Assembly (NCBI GenBank): GCA_053919585.1
Contig: CM132784.1
Strand: one strand, 5' to 3'
DNA length: 64,000 nucleotides
Source: Euprymna scolopes
Taxonomy: Eukaryota
Part shown: positions 39,783 to 51,020 of the stretch, piece by piece
Layout: every line of letters starts with the position of its first letter
Position numbering within the stretch: the first letter of the stretch is position 1
The notes under the pieces: generated by a model
The model's database searches: none
The model's input: only the letters and a program-made list of their open reading frames with translations
Told to the model about the DNA's origin: nothing
Program-made: the position numbers and the translations under genes

Positions 39783-39938
39783 TGTTTTTACGGCCTTATG
39801 TGGAAGCCGGAATTCGGACGTTGGTTGCCTCTTTTTGCATCCCAAAATATGTCACGAACTTGTTTTTACGGCCTTATGTGGAATCCGGAATTCGGACGTT
39901 GGTTGCCTCTTTTTGCATCCCAAAATATGTCACGAACT
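39783..39938 (+). repeat. 78-bp tandem duplication
   Basis: Two units differing at one base (gaaGcc vs gaaTcc). Confidence 0.95.
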
Positions 39939-40442
39939 GACTTTACCCACCAATAGCGTTTCTTTTATATGAGTTTTAAAAGGAACTTCCTGGAACCTTC
40001 TAGAGACTCAAAAAGGAACAAAAAGGCGTTCTACGCCTTTTTATATTTATAGACGCCGATTATTATTTATTTTTATGAATAACGACATTCTAGAAACGTC
40101 TTTATGTTTTAATTAATATATCAATAAACATATTTATATATTATAAGAAATATTTATATATATCTTAATCCAATCATAGGAGAGAATATGTTCTCCTATG
40201 ACAACCATGTAGAGTTTATATTATCTTGATATGCCTGCTTTATGAAGAAAATATGCTTTCAGCTCATTTATGAGATATATACCTATACAAATACATACAT
40301 GTGCTTATACATTTATATGCCTACACATTTACATTATATATATATATATATATATATATTTGTAGTCATCGACATACAATCCTGTTTCGTTGTATCACAA
40401 CTCATCAGTGCCGCTAGACTAGCATCTCTTCCAAGCCAGGGA

Positions 40443-41720
40443 TTACATTTTAACCCCAAACAAGGCACATTGCCACTTTGATGTATGGGCTTCTATCAGG
40501 AACATAAGCTACAGAGGTACTGTGTGGGGAGTTGGACAGCAAGATGTCGGTTCACGTTACACTTGAACTTCTGCATGTCAGTACAGTTTGAGAAGCAGGA
40601 ACCCGGAAGGGAATTCGAAAGTCTAGCGGTTCTGGGGAAGAAACTACTGGAGTAGAAGGCTCTCTTGCATCTAGGGATCTCAACTGTGAAGGCGTGGGAT
40701 TTTTCTGCTTGTCGGGGGTATTTACGTCGCGGGGGGACAAGTACTTGCAGTTCGTTGGAGCATTCACCGTTAAAGTATTTGTAGAACAGGCAGAGGGATG
40801 CTACATTTCATCGATGGGACAGAGGCTGAAGCTTATATGACAGTTCAGGACTTATTAGGTTGGCGACTCTCTTTTGAACCTTGTCAAGGAGTGAGAGACT
40901 AGTAGCAGATGCATCAGCCAAATATGACAACAATACTCTATACATGGGCGAATGGTGGCCTTATAGAGGTACAGGATACTTTTGGGCGTTAGTAGTTTTC
41001 TGGCAACAGAGAATCTCCTTTTTCGCAGCAGTCCTGGCAATGCTCTCAATCTAATTGTTCCAACTCATTTTCCCTGTGAACGTTAGGCCGAGGAGTTTAA
41101 AAGATGTACTTTCAGATAAAGAGTCTTTGGCCATTGCTATTGGTGGCAGAGAAGGTTTCTTGTGGTTATTGAAGAAAACATGTGTAGTCTTGGCAGCATT
41201 GAATGTGACCATCCATTTTTGTCCCCATTCCACTACAGATTGGAGATCATCCTCTAGTGTTTCTGCCATTTCTTTAGATATGTGTTCATTTGTTTTCCTG
41301 TAGTGTCTGTTATAGAGTGTGGTGTCATCAGCATATATACCCATCTCACAGACAATTTTGTCAGGGAGGTCATTTATGAATATTAGGAACAATAGAGGTC
41401 CAAGGATAGACCCCTGAGGCACTCCTGAATTTATATCGTATTGTTTAGATGTACGACCGTCGAGGACAGCCTGGATTTTTCTCTTATCTAAGAAGGATTT
41501 AATTATGTTAAGGATTGTTCCAGTGATACCGTATGATCTGATTTTCCTGAGAAGACTTTCATGACATACCCTGTCAAAAGCCTTAGATATATCTAGAGTT
41601 ACCGCTCTACCCTCCTTTTGCTTTGTCAAGCGAATGGTATATAGGCTCAGAGATTACAGTTAGGATGTCTGCTGTGGAACGGACTTGCCTAAATCCATAT
41701 TGATGGGCGGTCAGAAGTTT
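40443..41720 (-). mobile_element. CR1-group LINE family B, 5'-truncated RT-containing copy
   Basis: ORF 41051-41629 (LDISKAFDRV, PQGSILGP, YADD) and ORF 40855-41049 (IEYCCHIW). Confidence 0.93.
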
Positions 41721-42294
41721 AGAATACATAAAAATACACAGTACATACATGAAAAATGCATACAGTAGAACCCCGGGATACGGTGGCCCTAGGATAGTTT
41801 TTTTTTTCAGGTTACGATGTAGAATACGATTTTTAAGGTCCCGGGTTACGGTATTTGCCCCGCCTTGTGGTGATTTAATATTTTCTTTTAGATTTAATAT
41901 CTATTTTTTTTTATTTAAATCTTATTATTTCATTTTCTTTTATATATTGCTTAGTATTTTCTTTTATATATTTGTTCTTTTTCCCTTCTCTTCTTTTACC
42001 CCATCATACCGCCCTCTATAAAATATTTTCCCTATCCATCTGAATGTTTCCAATGTCTTTTTACCTTTACTTTTGTATAACTTCTGCCGTGAAGCAGTTA
42101 TCTTCAAAATGCCATAGATTACAAAGATTTCTCTCTTATTTTTGTTTCTGTAACTCTTATTTACTTGATAATGTAATAAATATCTTATGTAACTTTATGC
42201 TTTATTTTAACTTATTCTACATACAGATACACAAACACATTACATATATATATATATATATGCTCCTTCAGACTATGGATACCCACGAAGTGGT

Positions 42295-42541
42295 GCCTGC
42301 GCGTGGAATTTTTTTGGCAGAAGGTGCGCAATCTCTAACCACACCTCTCCTGAGTGGAGATTGTTAAATACCAGTGGCAAGTGAAATGTATGTACAAGAC
42401 GACTGGAAACAAATACCGAGATAAGCAGAGAGTACATACAGCGCCTAGAATTCCCAAATGGTCACCCATCTGGTTCTAACCGTTGCTAAACTTCTGTGAT
42501 CTGGTGAGAACCGGTGTGTCAACGCGATTATGCCGTGTATA
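42295..42541 (-). mobile_element. 5S-derived SINE, body type I
   Basis: cccaaatggtcacccatc head with a small deletion; body gactggaaacaa..ccgagataagc. Confidence 0.82.
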
Positions 42542-42984
42542 TATCTATACACACACTCTTGGAGTATTTCTAACTGCAGCTTGGTGCCTACTACTGAAAA
42601 CGATCTCTGTGTTGTTTATTGAAAATGTCTACATGTCTATCTGGTCACAGACGAAATTTCATGCCGATAAAATTCACGAGAAACCAGTTAACCTAAAAGC
42701 GTCTATATCGATTGGCATTCTCATTTACAAAATAAATAATAAATGACTCCAGTTTTCTAAAGGTCAAGAATGCCATGATACAAAAGAAAACCATGCGATA
42801 CGAAACATTTGGCAGTCAGTATGACTGCGAGTCGCCGAAGCAGGAAAAAAAAACGTTTAGACATTTATTTAGTTGCCATAAATAGAATCACAGTTCTAGT
42901 GCTGTGTACCTTTGTGGGCGGCCATCTTTATTTTTCATCTACATGTCTCGCTCTATTTGAGATATAATAATGCACACAAAACTA

Positions 42985-43236
42985 ATTTATTGTCTATATT
43001 TTATATATACATAATCAAATTCAGACCAAGAGTTGTTGGTGATTTTCGGGAGTACAACTTGGTGCGTCTTGGACAGCTAAACTGAAAGCTGGAAGTGAAG
43101 GAAATATTTTAATTTTCGCATATGATGTTACACGAATACTTGATATAATAAAATCTTGCACCCCACGTACTCCTGCAAATCACCAACCACTTTTGGCCTG
43201 GGTGTGATTATACATATAAAAATATGGACAATAAAT
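42985..43236. mobile_element. MITE with ~85-bp imperfect TIRs
   Basis: tttattgtctatattttatat...gttggtgattt..ggagtac versus gtactcc..aaatcaccaac...aaaatatggacaataaa. Confidence 0.72.
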
Positions 43237-43719
43237 ACCACAGTCCACATGTAAATATAACATTATAACATAACATGTATATATAATATAATGTAATATA
43301 AAATCACATTAAAATATGTGTGTAATGTTACGCATAACCATTTTAAGTACTTTACAGACATTTGCATTTGAAACCCCTTAGAAAATATATAAAGGGCGGC
43401 TACGTTAAACTTCTCTCTGCTACAAATTCAAATATAATGAATAGTTATTATGTTATCTACGCTTAGAGCAAACTGTGCACTGACATGAGCATTCTCGTGG
43501 CACTTTTTTGGGCCCATCTACTTCCGTGCTGGCTTATGACAAATTTGAAACAAATGTTTTGTTTATTTACACGAGGAGCCCAATCTACTCCCTGTAGGGT
43601 AACGATCCAAAGTACCAGAAGGAAGTTAACCGGTACCACCCCTTGTCCAAAGGGTGACCTGGAATTGTGTAAGGCAGGGGAGTTCATTTCCTGAAGTATT
43701 ATACATACTCACTTACCTA

Positions 43720-43832
43720 AATACGTTTAGCGTCTAATATTGTCAAAAGGTCATCGATCTGGTACTGACCATTCAACGTTACTTAACTTTGGCGATCTGA
43801 TGAGAACTTGTATATGAACATGATTATGTCAC
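43720..43832 (-). pseudogene. Decayed 5S-derived head
   Basis: ggtcatcgatctggtactgacc..caacgttacttaactttggcgatc..gagaac. Confidence 0.6.
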
Positions 43833-43981
43833 ACACATGCACACACACATACCTAAAAATGTAAGAGTTTGAAACAAAAATGTAATTTCTCATTGCTGTT
43901 TAATAATACAGTACTATCAATGCATAAAAGACATAATTTAAAGCGAACGTGATTTATAAATTAGATTTATTTTATTTTCAG

Positions 43982-44026
43982 GATGAGAAAAATCAGGTAC
44001 TGACCACCAATGTTTGGCTGGAGACG
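43982..44026 (+). CDS. 45-nt micro-exon of the same nAChR-type subunit (beta2 / loop D)
   Basis: Acceptor tttattttcAG at 43980-81 and donor GTaagt at 44027. Phase 0/0, encodes DEKNQVLTTNVWLET and joins in frame to ...QILDV. A 45-nt exon at this position is the conserved nAChR gene structure. Confidence 0.95.
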
Positions 44027-44309
44027 GTAAGTAATATTTACATTATTGTTCTTCAAAACTCACACCTATCTAAATTATCTTTCTCGGTCTATCTTTTAGT
44101 TCTACTGTACACGGAAACTACTGGGCACATCTGTTTGAAATTTTGTTAGGCACCTTGTTATGATAAAGTGAAGCGAACTACTATTATAGTATCTGTTCGA
44201 TACACAGTTATTTAGGAATAGGCATTAGTCATTACAATACCACATTTACTCCAAAGGTTTGGTTATAAAGCACTCATCTAAGTCAACGGGCTATAATTTT
44301 TTTACTGTT

Positions 44310-44523
44310 NNNNNNNNNNNNNNNNNNNNNNNNNNNNNNNNNNNNNNNNNNNNNNNNNNNNNNNNNNNNNNNNNNNNNNNNNNNNNNNNNNNNNNNNNNN
44401 NNNNNNNNNNNNNNNNNNNNNNNNNNNNNNNNNNNNNNNNNNNNNNNNNNNNNNNNNNNNNNNNNNNNNNNNNNNNNNNNNNNNNNNNNNNNNNNNNNNN
44501 NNNNNNNNNNNNNNNNNNNNNNN
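44310..44523. other. Assembly gap (214 N)
   Basis: Run of N. Confidence 1.
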
Positions 44524-44539
44524 TATTTTTATCTAAAAA

Positions 44540-44786
44540 TTGAAGAGTTACGAAGACGTTAGTCGTGTCATTGAGACGAGTTAACTTTTGTACTCCAAAA
44601 AATTTCTACATCTGCTTCTGACGCACGTCTATGACAGTAGCTTTTTCTTAGAGTATCACAGAGAGATGAAATGTTTAATTCATGAATGTATAAGTTAAGT
44701 CGTCATAACAATGCAATTTGCAATCATCACTACTTTATTTGGCCGACAAAAAAATCGGAGACATTACTTTTGGAATGCCTCTTGTC
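44540..44786 (-). mobile_element. mariner 5' end with TIR
   Basis: Terminus reads caagaggcattccaaaagtaatgtctccg on the minus strand. The same terminus recurs at 46526-46553 (+). Confidence 0.5.
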
Positions 44787-45010
44787 TAAAACTGATAAAT
44801 AGTCAACAGCATCATGCTTTACTGCAGTTTCATGGAGTGTCCATTCTTTAGAAGTGTTTTTACACGTTTCTGGTTTGCACTATCTGGATAAAAGTACAAA
44901 CTATTTACATTTTATTAAACTCTATATCATCGTTAAGAAAAATATTAAAACAATGCACAGAAATGGATAAACAATGGAACTGCAGTAAAATGTACAAATA
45001 AGACACGTCA

Positions 45011-45390
45011 ATATTTTCATTTATTTATTTGCAGACTATTATCCTTATCTTCATAGTTGTTGTTTCAAAATGTTTCGGTCAAACACGCAGTGGATAAAAG
45101 CGTTCAATCCCTACAGTTCGAAGTGAGCATTGCCTGAAGTAAGCGGTTTCAATCCTACCCAAAGCTGTCCAGAGAATTTCTTGGCCAAAACCTGGTGAGA
45201 CGAAAAAACTATTTAAGGAAGTAATTAATGAGATTACAGTTAAAAGATTCAGCATGTCTATCCCGTCGCAGTAAACCACCTAACGAAAGCCAAAGGAATA
45301 GTTGGTCGAAACATCGTGAAAAGAACAACTATGAAGATGAGGATAACAGTCCGTAAATAAATGAAAATATTCTAATTACTCATCTCAAAG
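45011..45390 (+). mobile_element. Same element, copy 3, with an inverted copy of its own 3' end at the 5' side
   Basis: 45011-45080 is the reverse complement of 45303-45372. The hammerhead core is mutated (CTAACGA, GAAACATC). Confidence 0.75.
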
Positions 45391-45993
45391 GTCCAAATAA
45401 TAAAGTAAAGCCACGTCAATATTATTCAGTATTGTTATTAAATTATATCTTATAAGTTATTGGGCGTTTTGTATGTATGAAGTTTTTTTTTTCTTTTGAT
45501 TCGATTCCGTTTTAGAATCATATCTGAACGGTCGAGTTTATTTTTTACACGAGTACATATACAAAGATTTGCAGATATTTTTTTCAGATACACAAAATGA
45601 CTCAGAATCTTTTTTTTTACTTTTTTATGATATGAATAAATATATTGCTTAGTAATGCGATTCATTAAAGTCTCTTTTAACTCTGGCAGTCAAACCGCGT
45701 TGGCTGACTCTAAACGATGAGAAACCTATACAAGCATGTAGAATTGTAGATGCTCGCCGCCAGCCAGGACGTTATCTTTACTGATAATCTATTCGTCTGA
45801 CAAGGAAGCGGTGTGTTAATGCCAGTATATTCCTCTTTTTATTCTCTCTCGTTTAACGCTTACTTAAACACATACCATACAAAAATATTGGAAAGGATTC
45901 AACAAGATTTTAAGTAAGAATTCAAGCATGATGTTCATCGATATTTATGTTTATTGTTGACGATTTAATAATTTAACATATTTTAGTATTTAC

Positions 45994-46300
45994 TTTCACG
46001 ACGTTTCGGCCAACTATTCCTTTGGCCTTCGTCAGGTGGTGTACTGCGACGGGATAGACATACTGAATCTTAACTGTAATCTCATTAATTACTTCCTTAA
46101 ATAGTATTTTCGTCTCACCAGGTTTTGGCCAACAAATTCTCTGGCCAGCTTTGGGTAGGATTGAAACCGCTTACTTCAGGCAATGCTCACTTCGAGCTGT
46201 AGGGATTCAACGCTTTTATCCACTGCGTAGTTTACCGAAACATTGTGAAACAACAACTGAAGAGTAGGATAATAGTCCGCAAATAATAAATGAAAATATT
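45994..46300 (-). mobile_element. Same element, copy 4
   Basis: Reverse complement of 45011-45322. Carries the intact hammerhead. Confidence 0.78.
45997..46038 (-). ncRNA. Minimal type-I hammerhead ribozyme motif
   Basis: Minus strand: CAC CUGACGA A GGCCAA aggaauag UUGGCC GAAA C GUC GUG. This gives stem I CAC/GUG, a complete core, a 6-bp stem II, a palindromic ACGU stem III and a GUC cleavage triplet. Confidence 0.8.
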
Positions 46301-46689
46301 GGCGTGTCTTATTTGTACATTTGACTGCAGTTTCATTGTTTATCCATTTCTGTACATTGTTTTAATATTTTCCCGAAACGATGATATAGAGTTGAATAAA
46401 ATGTAAATAGTTTGTACTTTATCCATATAGTGTTAATCAGAAACATGTAAAAACACTTCTAAAGAATGGGCACCCCATGAAACTGCAGTAAAGCATGATG
46501 CTATTGATTATTTATCAGTTTTAGACGAGGGGTATTTCAAAAGTAATGCCTCCTATTTTTTATTAAGTAAGTCTGTCACATTTTGCCTAATGTTGTTTGC
46601 TATGAAATCTCACCATAAAATGTCTTGTACATTATCTGATGGAGACTATTATTACGTCTTATTTGAACTAATTTTGGATTCAAAACGAT

Positions 46690-46943
46690 TCCTCCAATTT
46701 CTATCTGTGCCTAAATCTAAACACAGATTCCATGAACAAAGCTTTTTTCCCAGAACTTCCCGTCTGTGGAACACTGTCCTGCTTCCCGGTTGAATAAAAC
46801 CTGATAGCCTTCAAATCCAATGTCAACAAGTTCTTGTTAAGCCATCCCCATTAATGATTACTAAATTACCACCTTACATTCATTAACTCTTATCTTCGAA
46901 TGGTCCTCAGGCCTTGGTAAATGGTAACCACCTAGTAAAAAAA
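46690..46943 (+). mobile_element. CR1-group LINE family A, 3' fragment
   Basis: LSVPKSKHRFHEQSFFPRTSRLWN, ggccttggtaaatggtaa 3' motif and A tail. Confidence 0.82.
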
Positions 46944-47129
46944 TGAATATTGTTTAATATTATGTATAAATCGCTTACATGCTAGAATCAGGTGGTCCTT
47001 CTTCATATTTTGTTATGTTCTTGTTAAGCGTCAGAAAAAAAAAACACAAGAGAGAAATTGGATAAACAAATATAAAAGAACAATATAACATAAGAATGGA
47101 AGGATTACCAAGGCGACTGTACGATTCGA

Positions 47130-48080
47130 CTGCCGGGGCTATTAGCTGAAAAATTAACTTCCCGTAAGAGTAGTAACCTGCTTTTTATAGCTGAGAAAGT
47201 TCGTACGCGAGTCTCCTTATCTTGAGGCCACATTCGCCCCGGATCGGTAAAGCCAGCTTCTTCCAATGAATTCACAGCATCTCGCACGAAAACAGACCAA
47301 ACCCGGCGATAGTCTAAGCATCGCCAGTGCTTACACTATAGACAGGTTCCAGCGGCGAATGTCGTAGCTTGTCGGGCCCAGAATCAGTACTTAACAGTTT
47401 TAAGCCATGCGTTTATCTGCTTGCCGCATCGCTTCTTCCAATCCCAAGGAGGAACCGGATCATCGACTTCTTTGTTGCTTTCCAACTTTGTATGAGGGTG
47501 AACGCTTGAAAAACCAAACTGTTAGCAGCAGGATTTCTCCTCACCGAAAAGCAGTTAATCGCCCCGTATGGAGAAATTTTCAAAGAGGTGGATTGCTCCA
47601 AGTACCTATATTCATCCATCACTCCGACTAGACAAGGGGGTGCAGATATTAGTAACCGCATCACTGAGTAGAAAATCCGGATATTTGATTCTATACACTA
47701 CGCAATCGAGATGGATTTTTTCCTGCGCGTCTTCTAACATGAATATTGCCAAAGCAGCTAAAATGTGATCCATTGGCGTAAATCATTTTTTCACACTATA
47801 CCCTTTATGAATCCGATAGAAATTTAATCCATCTTTTAAATTTTATCGTGCCAAAAGTGACTTTCTTGCAGGTCTCTGTGACATCAATCATACTGTCAAC
47901 AACCGTTGGCGTACTGTGCGAATTGAGGCTTCCACAGTATTCCTTCAGTAATTGTTGACTATAGGCCTATCGATAAAATAATGAAAGCTGCACCAGATGT
48001 CGATCATTTCGTGGATATCTTTTTTACCGATTAGAAGCATTAATTGAATCAATGTCAAAACGAATATGACTCGTACTGAA
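47130..48080 (-). mobile_element. Possible very decayed CRE-like non-LTR RT remnant
   Basis: Reverse-strand fragments RPIV, VEASIRTVRQRL and LALPIRGECGLKIRR resemble CRE-clade RPIAVG, CEAAVHAARRFL and LPVRLGGLGIR in the expected order. No intact YxDD seen. Confidence 0.35.
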
Positions 48081-48907
48081 GAATCAAGGAAGTATAAAAT
48101 TTATAAATGTAAATATTTGTTTTTACTTGAAAATTATTTTAATTACAGCAAAACTAATTGTTTCTTATCCGTATCCAAAATTTTCGTTGCGTTGCAAGCC
48201 TTTTGTCAAGAGCTTTAACATTCGAATTCATCTGTGTTTTTCTCAATTCAATGAAAAATAGGCTTTAATATTTGCTTTAGTGATATATAATACGAACAGG
48301 CAGACCTGAGGTCGCCCGTGATTTAATGAGAATTAACGAATTTCCAATACTTTTATTGTCACCGAAATCTGTGAAATCGATTGATTACCTTATCTAGTCA
48401 GGGACCCACCGCGGTGCACTGGGAAGAAGCTTCACATGCCTCCCCGCAGTCACTTAGTTTACAATACATCTTAGTCTACATTGCACTTTCGAGAACCTAT
48501 TGTTGCTTTTATAAATTATTTTTATATTAGGGCTTGAATTGAAATTAAAAATGCAAACTCAAGTTTTATTGTTCAATTGTTTTCTTAAAAGAAACATTCG
48601 TCTCGAACGCACCCCTGTCTTAACAAAGGAACTACTATTGATTTTATACGCTTCTGCTTGAATGGTAATAAAACTTCTCAAATGCACGTGTGACAATACG
48701 TTAAGAAAAGGGGTATTAACGTTTGTCAAAATCGAACTTTTTCTTCTTTAATCGGATTTTTTTCATTATAGATTTTCGATACTTATCGGAGGCATTCAGA
48801 TATAAAACCTATCTAAGAACATTACCAGACACAAAGTACATTCGTGAGAAATTAAGGGAAAAAAATGGTCCAACTGCTTTGAACTCCATAGGGGACGAAT
48901 TAACACA

Positions 48908-49500
48908 CTTTTTTTTTACAAAGGAGTCACCACTTATCAAGGCCCAGAGGTCACTCGAGGATAAGGATTAATAAGTGTACAGTGGTCAATGGGACAGTGA
49001 CGTAGTAATTGTTAGTAGTGGAAATTTGGTAAATTGGATTACTTAAAGGAAACGGTTCATCAAGAACTTGTTTACTTTGAACTTGAAGACGACCATATTA
49101 TAGTCAGCCGGAAAGCAAACAAATGGAAGAGAGTTCCACAGGTGTGCAGTTCTAAGAAAAAAATCTTTGTTCATGGAATCTACGTTTAGGTTTAGGCACA
49201 GATAAAGAGTAGGAGAAATTATTGATAGTGTTTTCAGCTAGACGAGTGTTTCTCGTAAATGTTTGACGAGGGGGGGGGGCATAGATTGGAGCTCAAACGA
49301 ACACTTGCCATGAAAATAACGATAAAGCAGAGACCGGCTCGCAACGTCTCTTCTGTGAAGAAGAGGTTGCAAGGGAGAGAAACGGGCATGCCCTACTAGG
49401 CTACGAAGTCTATTTTGAATAATGTCAAAGCAGGATAAGACTTTCTAGCAGCTCCTGTCCAGATTTGGCAACAGCACTCCATCCTTGGACGTACCTGGCT
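48908..49500 (-). mobile_element. CR1-group LINE family A, 5'-truncated copy
   Basis: T-run, caccacttatcaaggccc motif and collinear homology to 61130-61690. Confidence 0.9.
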
Positions 49501-51020
49501 ACACACATACACACACTAAATATTTTTTATATATAAGTAGAGATATATGGTATTTGAAATAATTGTTATATTTAATATGAAATTGTTTACCATTATTATT
49601 TGAGGGAATTGGGAAGGACAGCAATTAGTAGATCTTAGAGGAATTCCTGTCTGCTAGTCGGAATCTAATTCAACTGTAATCTCATTATAATTCAACACGT
49701 CTTCAGAAAATCTTCGACGCTTAAGCGTCTTACGTACTTCACTAATGTGGTATTATGTTTTATATTTTTATAAAGGTTGATTTTGTTTTATCTTGTTTTT
49801 TTTGTTTATTTTGTTGCTGATTACTAAAAGTGCATATACGAAATTATAATAGGAAACATGTATCAAACATAGACCTGTTGACGTTTATATAAGAAAGACT
49901 TCACTCAATTATATCTAATAAATTGTCCTTTCATTTTACTTTAATCGAAGTTCTCAGAAAACAAGATGCGACTTCGTGAGACAAACAGCTAATCTTTATA
50001 TGAGAGAATGAGAAATTCGAGTGTTCTATTCAATTCTCTTTTATCTTTCAAATGTTGACTTTGCAAAACAGTAACAAACTTGTTTTTCTTTTCATTAACT
50101 GTACAATTAACTATGTTATAGTATATCCTCCATATATTAACTGTAACTATGTTATAGTATATCCTGTTTTCTTTTCATTAACTGGAACTATGTTATAGTA
50201 TATCCTCCATTTAGTCTCTTTATTTTACCAAATTATAGAGCAAGAATTCATTTGGTGGAGTATCCAAGTTAGTGCGGTTTGTATAAGCAACATCATTTGA
50301 AGAAGACGCAGCTTCCTCATTTAAGCCAATGTGAGGTAGCTATGAGGCGATTTTATTTGTCCTGCGAATAGTATGCTATTTGGAATGTTTACTCGGATTT
50401 GACTTGTAGGGAGAAGTATTCTCATTCGTGGTGCGAGGATTCCAATATTTTTTGCCGATTCCGATACAATTACCGATTCTGATTCTTCATAAATCGCTAA
50501 CTATTTAGCTACACAGCTGCTATTTTTCCAAATTATCGTCAAAATACATGTTAACATGTACAGATATTTTCTTAAGGGTAAAGACATACCTGTGGCGCGT
50601 TGATCCATACAGTTTTGTTTTACTGGTAGTTTAAAATTTGAAGATTTATTTTTTATCGTTAGCACTAGCAGTAGAGTTGTTTTAAATAAAATATGAAAAG
50701 GACAATTAAAAGAATCGTTTCTGTCATTGGAACATATGCACAAATTTTTGCGGATTCCGATACCCTCAAAAGTTTGGATTTTTCCGAATCCCTATTAATC
50801 GTCGCAACACTAATTTTCATGCTAAATTATTCTAACAAACCCCTGTACAAAGAGTCTTCAGACACTCAAGGATGGGGTCGATTAGGCAATTGTGTCCTCT
50901 CCTATGCGTGTATGTGTGTATTTTATATAATCACATGATCTTTTTAGAAATGTCAGCATGTACGTTTTATACATATGTTTATTATGGTTAGCAACGTTTC
51001 CTATGTGAAATTTCAATAAT

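Larger units (their letters stand above)
27630..43981 (+). other. 16.3-kb GT-AG intron of the nAChR-type gene, filled with transposon remnants
   Basis: Bounded by the donor and acceptor of the two in-frame exons. Confidence 0.85.
44749..46561. repeat. Long inverted duplication: arms 44749-45322 and 45993-46561, spacer ~670 bp
   Basis: Continuous reverse-complement alignment by eye, with scattered substitutions (roughly 85-90% identity). Confidence 0.92.

Noticed and set aside
27469-44026. Assignment to cephalopod chemotactile receptors or a specific CHRNA gene
   Set aside because: Only 69 residues are visible and they look canonical. Loop C, the Cys-loop and TM2 are absent, and the species is unknown.
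43949-44149. 66-aa ORF as a full gene
   Set aside because: Only the 15 codons between the splice sites are receptor-like; the rest is intron read-through.
44259-44543. 94-aa ORF
   Set aside because: Artefact of the N gap.
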